NCBI GenBank assembly: GCA_963839015.1
Contig: CAWITL010000010.1
Span: 501,466 to 565,465 of the forward strand
Length of the DNA: 64,000 nucleotides
From: an uncultured Actinomycetota bacterium
GTDB lineage: Bacteria; Actinomycetota; Actinomycetes; Frankiales; Frankiaceae
Reading direction: 5' to 3'
The position numbers and the translations under genes were made by a program. A model generated the notes under the pieces. The model saw only the letters and a list, made by a program, of their open reading frames with translations, searched no databases and was not told where the DNA came from. Shown piece by piece: positions 61,201 to 64,000 of this stretch (the stretch's first letter is position 1; the number at the start of each line of letters is the position of its first letter).

Positions 61201-62627
61201 CCTCGACCCTTACGGCAGCCCAGATCCGGCGCGAGATCGGCCATCCGATCGTCGACGCCGACGGGCATTTCATGGAACTCGGACCGATCATGAACGACGA
61301 GATCGTGTCCTACCTGGAGGAGACCGGCGGCGCCGGCCTGCGCGACCGATTTCTCAGCAGCCCCCTCGGCATCCTCGACACCGCCGTCTTCCAGGACGAC
61401 CGCAGCGTCCCCGAAGTCACCGAGGCGTGGCGCTCCATGCCGTCGTGGTGGGGCAACCCGGTCGCTGACAGCCACGATCGGGCCACGGCGCATCTGCCCA
61501 AGCTCCTCTACGAGCGCCTCGACGAGTTCGGCATCGACTTCATGCTCGCCTACCCGTCATGGTCCCTCGGCCTCATGGACAACCGAGACGACGAGCTGCG
61601 GGCTCCCGTGCTACGGGCCGTAAACCGTTACACCTCAAGGCTTTTCACGCCGCACGCCGACCGGCTGACGTCCGCCGCTCTCATCCCGATGGGCTCACCC
61701 GACGAAGCAATCGGCGAGCTGCGTTACGCCGTCGAAGAGCTCGGCTTCAAATCCGCCGTGATCGCCGGTTACGCCCGGCGCGACCTCACCGACGATCCCC
61801 GCGACCAGGCCTACCGGCTGGACACGTTCGGCGTTGACAGCGCGTACGACTACGACCCCTTCTGGGCCACCTGTCTCGAACTCGGTGTCAATCCCGTCAC
61901 GCACAGCAGCCAGCAGCAGCACAAGTCGACCCGCTCCATCACCAACTACTCCTTCAACCACATCGGAGGACTGGCTTCCAACCACTACGAGCTGTGTAAG
62001 TCGCTGGTCATGGGAGGCGTCTTTGCCCGCTTCCCGGAGCTTCGCATCGGGTTCCTGGAAGGCGGGGTCGCGTGGGCGGTGAGCCTGCTCGCCGAGATGA
62101 TCGGCCATTGGGACAAGCGCAACGCCAACGCCATCGGCTCGCTCGATCCGGCACAGCTTGACGTCGACGCGCTCATGCGGACCCTGCAGGAGTACGGGGA
62201 ACCAGAAGTGCTGAACCGCCTCGCCGGCATTCGGGAGAACTTCTCCCGCACCCCCGGCAGGCCCCGTCAGCTCGATGACTTCGCCGCCACCGGCTTCACC
62301 TCAGCCGGCGAGATCATCGACCTCTTCAGCGACCGGATGTTCTTCGGCTGCGAAGCGGACGACCCGCTGGTGGGGTGGGCGTCGGGCACCACCATCAAGC
62401 ATCGCCCGGTCAGCCTTCGGCCCATCCTGGGCACTGACATCTCGCACTGGGACGCGCCCGTGATGAACGAGGTGATCGTCGAGGCTTTCGAGCTGCTGGA
62501 AGACAATGTCATCGACGCGGATGACTTCAAGGCCTTCACGTTCGACAATCCTGTAACGCTCCATCAGTCTGCCAACAAGAACTTCTTCACCGGCACCGTC
62601 TGCGAGCAGGCCGCGGCGGCGCTCTGA
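61197..62627 (+). CDS. amidohydrolase-2 (ACMSD-like metal-dependent hydrolase/decarboxylase) family protein
   Basis: 476 aa. The N-terminal IVDADGHFME (metal-binding HxH-like region) and the C-terminal DISHWD are typical of the family. ATGA overlap with the upstream gene. Confidence 0.75.
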   Translation: MTSTLTAAQIRREIGHPIVDADGHFMELGPIMNDEIVSYLEETGGAGLRDRFLSSPLGILDTAVFQDDRSVPEVTEAWRSMPSWWGNPVADSHDRATAHLPKLLYERLDEFGIDFMLAYPSWSLGLMDNRDDELRAPVLRAVNRYTSRLFTPHADRLTSAALIPMGSPDEAIGELRYAVEELGFKSAVIAGYARRDLTDDPRDQAYRLDTFGVDSAYDYDPFWATCLELGVNPVTHSSQQQHKSTRSITNYSFNHIGGLASNHYELCKSLVMGGVFARFPELRIGFLEGGVAWAVSLLAEMIGHWDKRNANAIGSLDPAQLDVDALMRTLQEYGEPEVLNRLAGIRENFSRTPGRPRQLDDFAATGFTSAGEIIDLFSDRMFFGCEADDPLVGWASGTTIKHRPVSLRPILGTDISHWDAPVMNEVIVEAFELLEDNVIDADDFKAFTFDNPVTLHQSANKNFFTGTVCEQAAAAL

Positions 62628-62646
62628 GCACAGCCGGGGGCAACAT

Positions 62647-63279
62647 ATGGCCTTGCAGCACGCCCCACGCGGGTCCGCCTCAGACGAGCCACCGCCGCTG
62701 CTGAGCCAGGAGCAGATCTACGCGCTCACCATGCGCGAGCGGCGCGAGCTGGCCCGGCGGCTGCTCGGGTTGGCGCCCGTCATCCAACTGCCCGAACGCG
62801 ACGCCCGGCGCCGCCGTCGCACCCTGCTGGTGCTCACGGTGAGCTGCGTGGTGCTGGTGCCGTGGGTGATTTTCCTGGGGCTCTCGCTGCCGCGGCACTA
62901 CGAGACCGGCAACTGGCGGGCGACCTGGGTCGGGTTCGACATCATCCTGATCTTCTCGCTGGGGCTCACGGCCTACCTGGGCTGGCGGCGGCGGCAGCTG
63001 GTCATGTTCGCCTCGTTCGCCACCGGCCTCTTGCTGATCTGTGACGCGTGGTTCGACGTCTCGACGGCGGGCGCCGGCACCGACCGGCTGACGGCGATCG
63101 CGTCAGCCGTCCTGCTCGAACTTCCGCTGGCCGCCCTGCTGCTGTCGGTGACCTACCGGCTGCTGAAACTGATCGCTGCCCGCCGCCTCGGAGGGTCTTC
63201 GGCGCACACGCTGTGGACGCTGCCGGCGCTCATGCAGGACGACTCGGATGAGTATCTCGAAGCGCACTGCAGGCCTTGA
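62647..63279 (+). CDS. hypothetical integral membrane protein
   Basis: 210 aa. A cytoplasmic Arg-rich N-terminal region is followed by four hydrophobic helices. I did not recognise a family. Confidence 0.5.
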   Translation: MALQHAPRGSASDEPPPLLSQEQIYALTMRERRELARRLLGLAPVIQLPERDARRRRRTLLVLTVSCVVLVPWVIFLGLSLPRHYETGNWRATWVGFDIILIFSLGLTAYLGWRRRQLVMFASFATGLLLICDAWFDVSTAGAGTDRLTAIASAVLLELPLAALLLSVTYRLLKLIAARRLGGSSAHTLWTLPALMQDDSDEYLEAHCRP

Positions 63280-63748
63280 CCTGTGGCCCGGCGAGCTTCA
63301 GCCACGATGCGAGCTCTGCCGATTCCGCGTAGTCCGAGTCGAGCAGGAAGAGTCCGCGGGTGGGGCAGGTGGCACCCAGCTCGACCAGTACCGGTTTGAG
63401 CAACAGGTCTGAGGCGAGGGAATGGCGCCAATGGCCGCCGAGCATCACTGGAACCGCCGTCACACCGGCGAGCGCCCCGCCGGAGATTCGATCCAGAAAG
63501 AGTTTGAGCAGCCCGGTGTAGGTGGCCTTGTACGTGGGGCTGGCAAAGATCACCAGCTCGCTGGCCTGTACCGCGGCCACCGTCTCCGCCACGACCGGGT
63601 CAGCCCAGTCCAGCAGCGCTGGGCCGAGATCCGCCAGGTCGATCACCAGGTCTGGCGCCGCTCCCGACAACCTTTGCGCCACCAGCAAAGCGGCCTCGTA
63701 CGTACGGGATCGGGGCTTGGGATTACCGACCACCACCGCGACGCTCAT
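63230..63748 (-). CDS. NADPH-dependent FMN reductase (SsuE/MsuE-like)
   Basis: From the ATG at 63748 the protein has MSVAVVVGNPKPRSRT and FASPTYKATYTGLLKLFLD, typical of flavodoxin-like FMN reductases. ATGA overlap with the upstream LLM gene. Confidence 0.8.
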   Translation of the reverse strand: MSVAVVVGNPKPRSRTYEAALLVAQRLSGAAPDLVIDLADLGPALLDWADPVVAETVAAVQASELVIFASPTYKATYTGLLKLFLDRISGGALAGVTAVPVMLGGHWRHSLASDLLLKPVLVELGATCPTRGLFLLDSDYAESAELASWLKLAGPQVKACSALRDTHPSRPA

Positions 63749-64000
63749 CGACGTGCCCATTCCTCGGCGAGCAGCTCGTAGGAGCGAACTCGGTCAGCAT
63801 GATCGTGGGTGATGGTAGTGATGATCAGCTCGTCAGCTCCGGTCGCATCGCGCAGCTGCTCCAGCTGATCTGCGACCTGTCGCGGCGACCCGACGAACTG
63901 GGTGGCCACCCGGTCGGCTACCAGCGCCCGGTCCTCCTCGGTCCAGGGGTGAGCGCGAGCCTCGTCGGGGGTGGGGAAAGAGATCGCGCCTGCGCCACTG
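63745..64000 (-). CDS. LLM class flavin-dependent oxidoreductase, C-terminal fragment (the 5' part lies beyond the window)
   Basis: My own minus-strand translation ends ...FVGSPRQVADQLEQLRDATGADELIITTITHDHADRVRSYELLAEEWARR*. This is the characteristic C-terminus of luciferase-like monooxygenases. It is coupled to an FMN reductase, the classic two-component arrangement. Confidence 0.7.
   Translation of the reverse strand, partial: SGAGAISFPTPDEARAHPWTEEDRALVADRVATQFVGSPRQVADQLEQLRDATGADELIITTITHDHADRVRSYELLAEEWARR

Overview
This is a high-G+C, densely packed chromosomal segment. By gene content it looks actinobacterial: it carries several F420/deazaflavin-type enzyme families, an LGFP-repeat muramidase and a DDN-family reductase. 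I call about 70 protein-coding genes on both strands. Many are joined by ATGA, GTGA or TAGTG start/stop overlaps.

I found no rRNA, tRNA or CRISPR array, and no recognisable transposase, integrase or phage genes.

Most genes are redox or catabolic enzymes:
- family III CoA-transferases
- ADH, ALDH and quinone-oxidoreductase genes
- luciferase-like (LLM), PPOX and deazaflavin-dependent (DDN) flavin/F420 enzymes
- a Dyp peroxidase
- a molybdoenzyme with a flavin reductase

Other genes are regulators (TetR, MarR, ArsR, IclR, LysR, an ECF sigma factor), MFS efflux pumps, two c-di-GMP enzymes, aquaporin Z and a secreted GH25 muramidase.

Items most worth follow-up:
1. A catabolic cluster at 52.6-62.6 kb contains two AtuA/DUF1446 modules. 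One is fused and one is split into DUF1446 plus DUF4387. They sit with a CitE-like lyase, an enoyl-CoA hydratase and two amidohydrolases. A striking A/T-rich composite palindrome lies in the internal promoter region.
2. A six-gene, translationally coupled operon encodes a four-subunit (gamma-delta-alpha-beta) 2-oxoacid:ferredoxin oxidoreductase, an AMP-forming acyl-CoA ligase and a cupin.
3. A chagasin-type inhibitor and a papain-like C1 peptidase are arranged divergently, and neither has a signal peptide.
4. A lower-G+C patch carries a mucin-like Thr/Ser/Pro protein, a sulfotransferase-like protein and an unannotated 30-aa hydrophobic ORF.

All functional calls come from reading motifs in the translated ORFs by eye. 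No database search was run.
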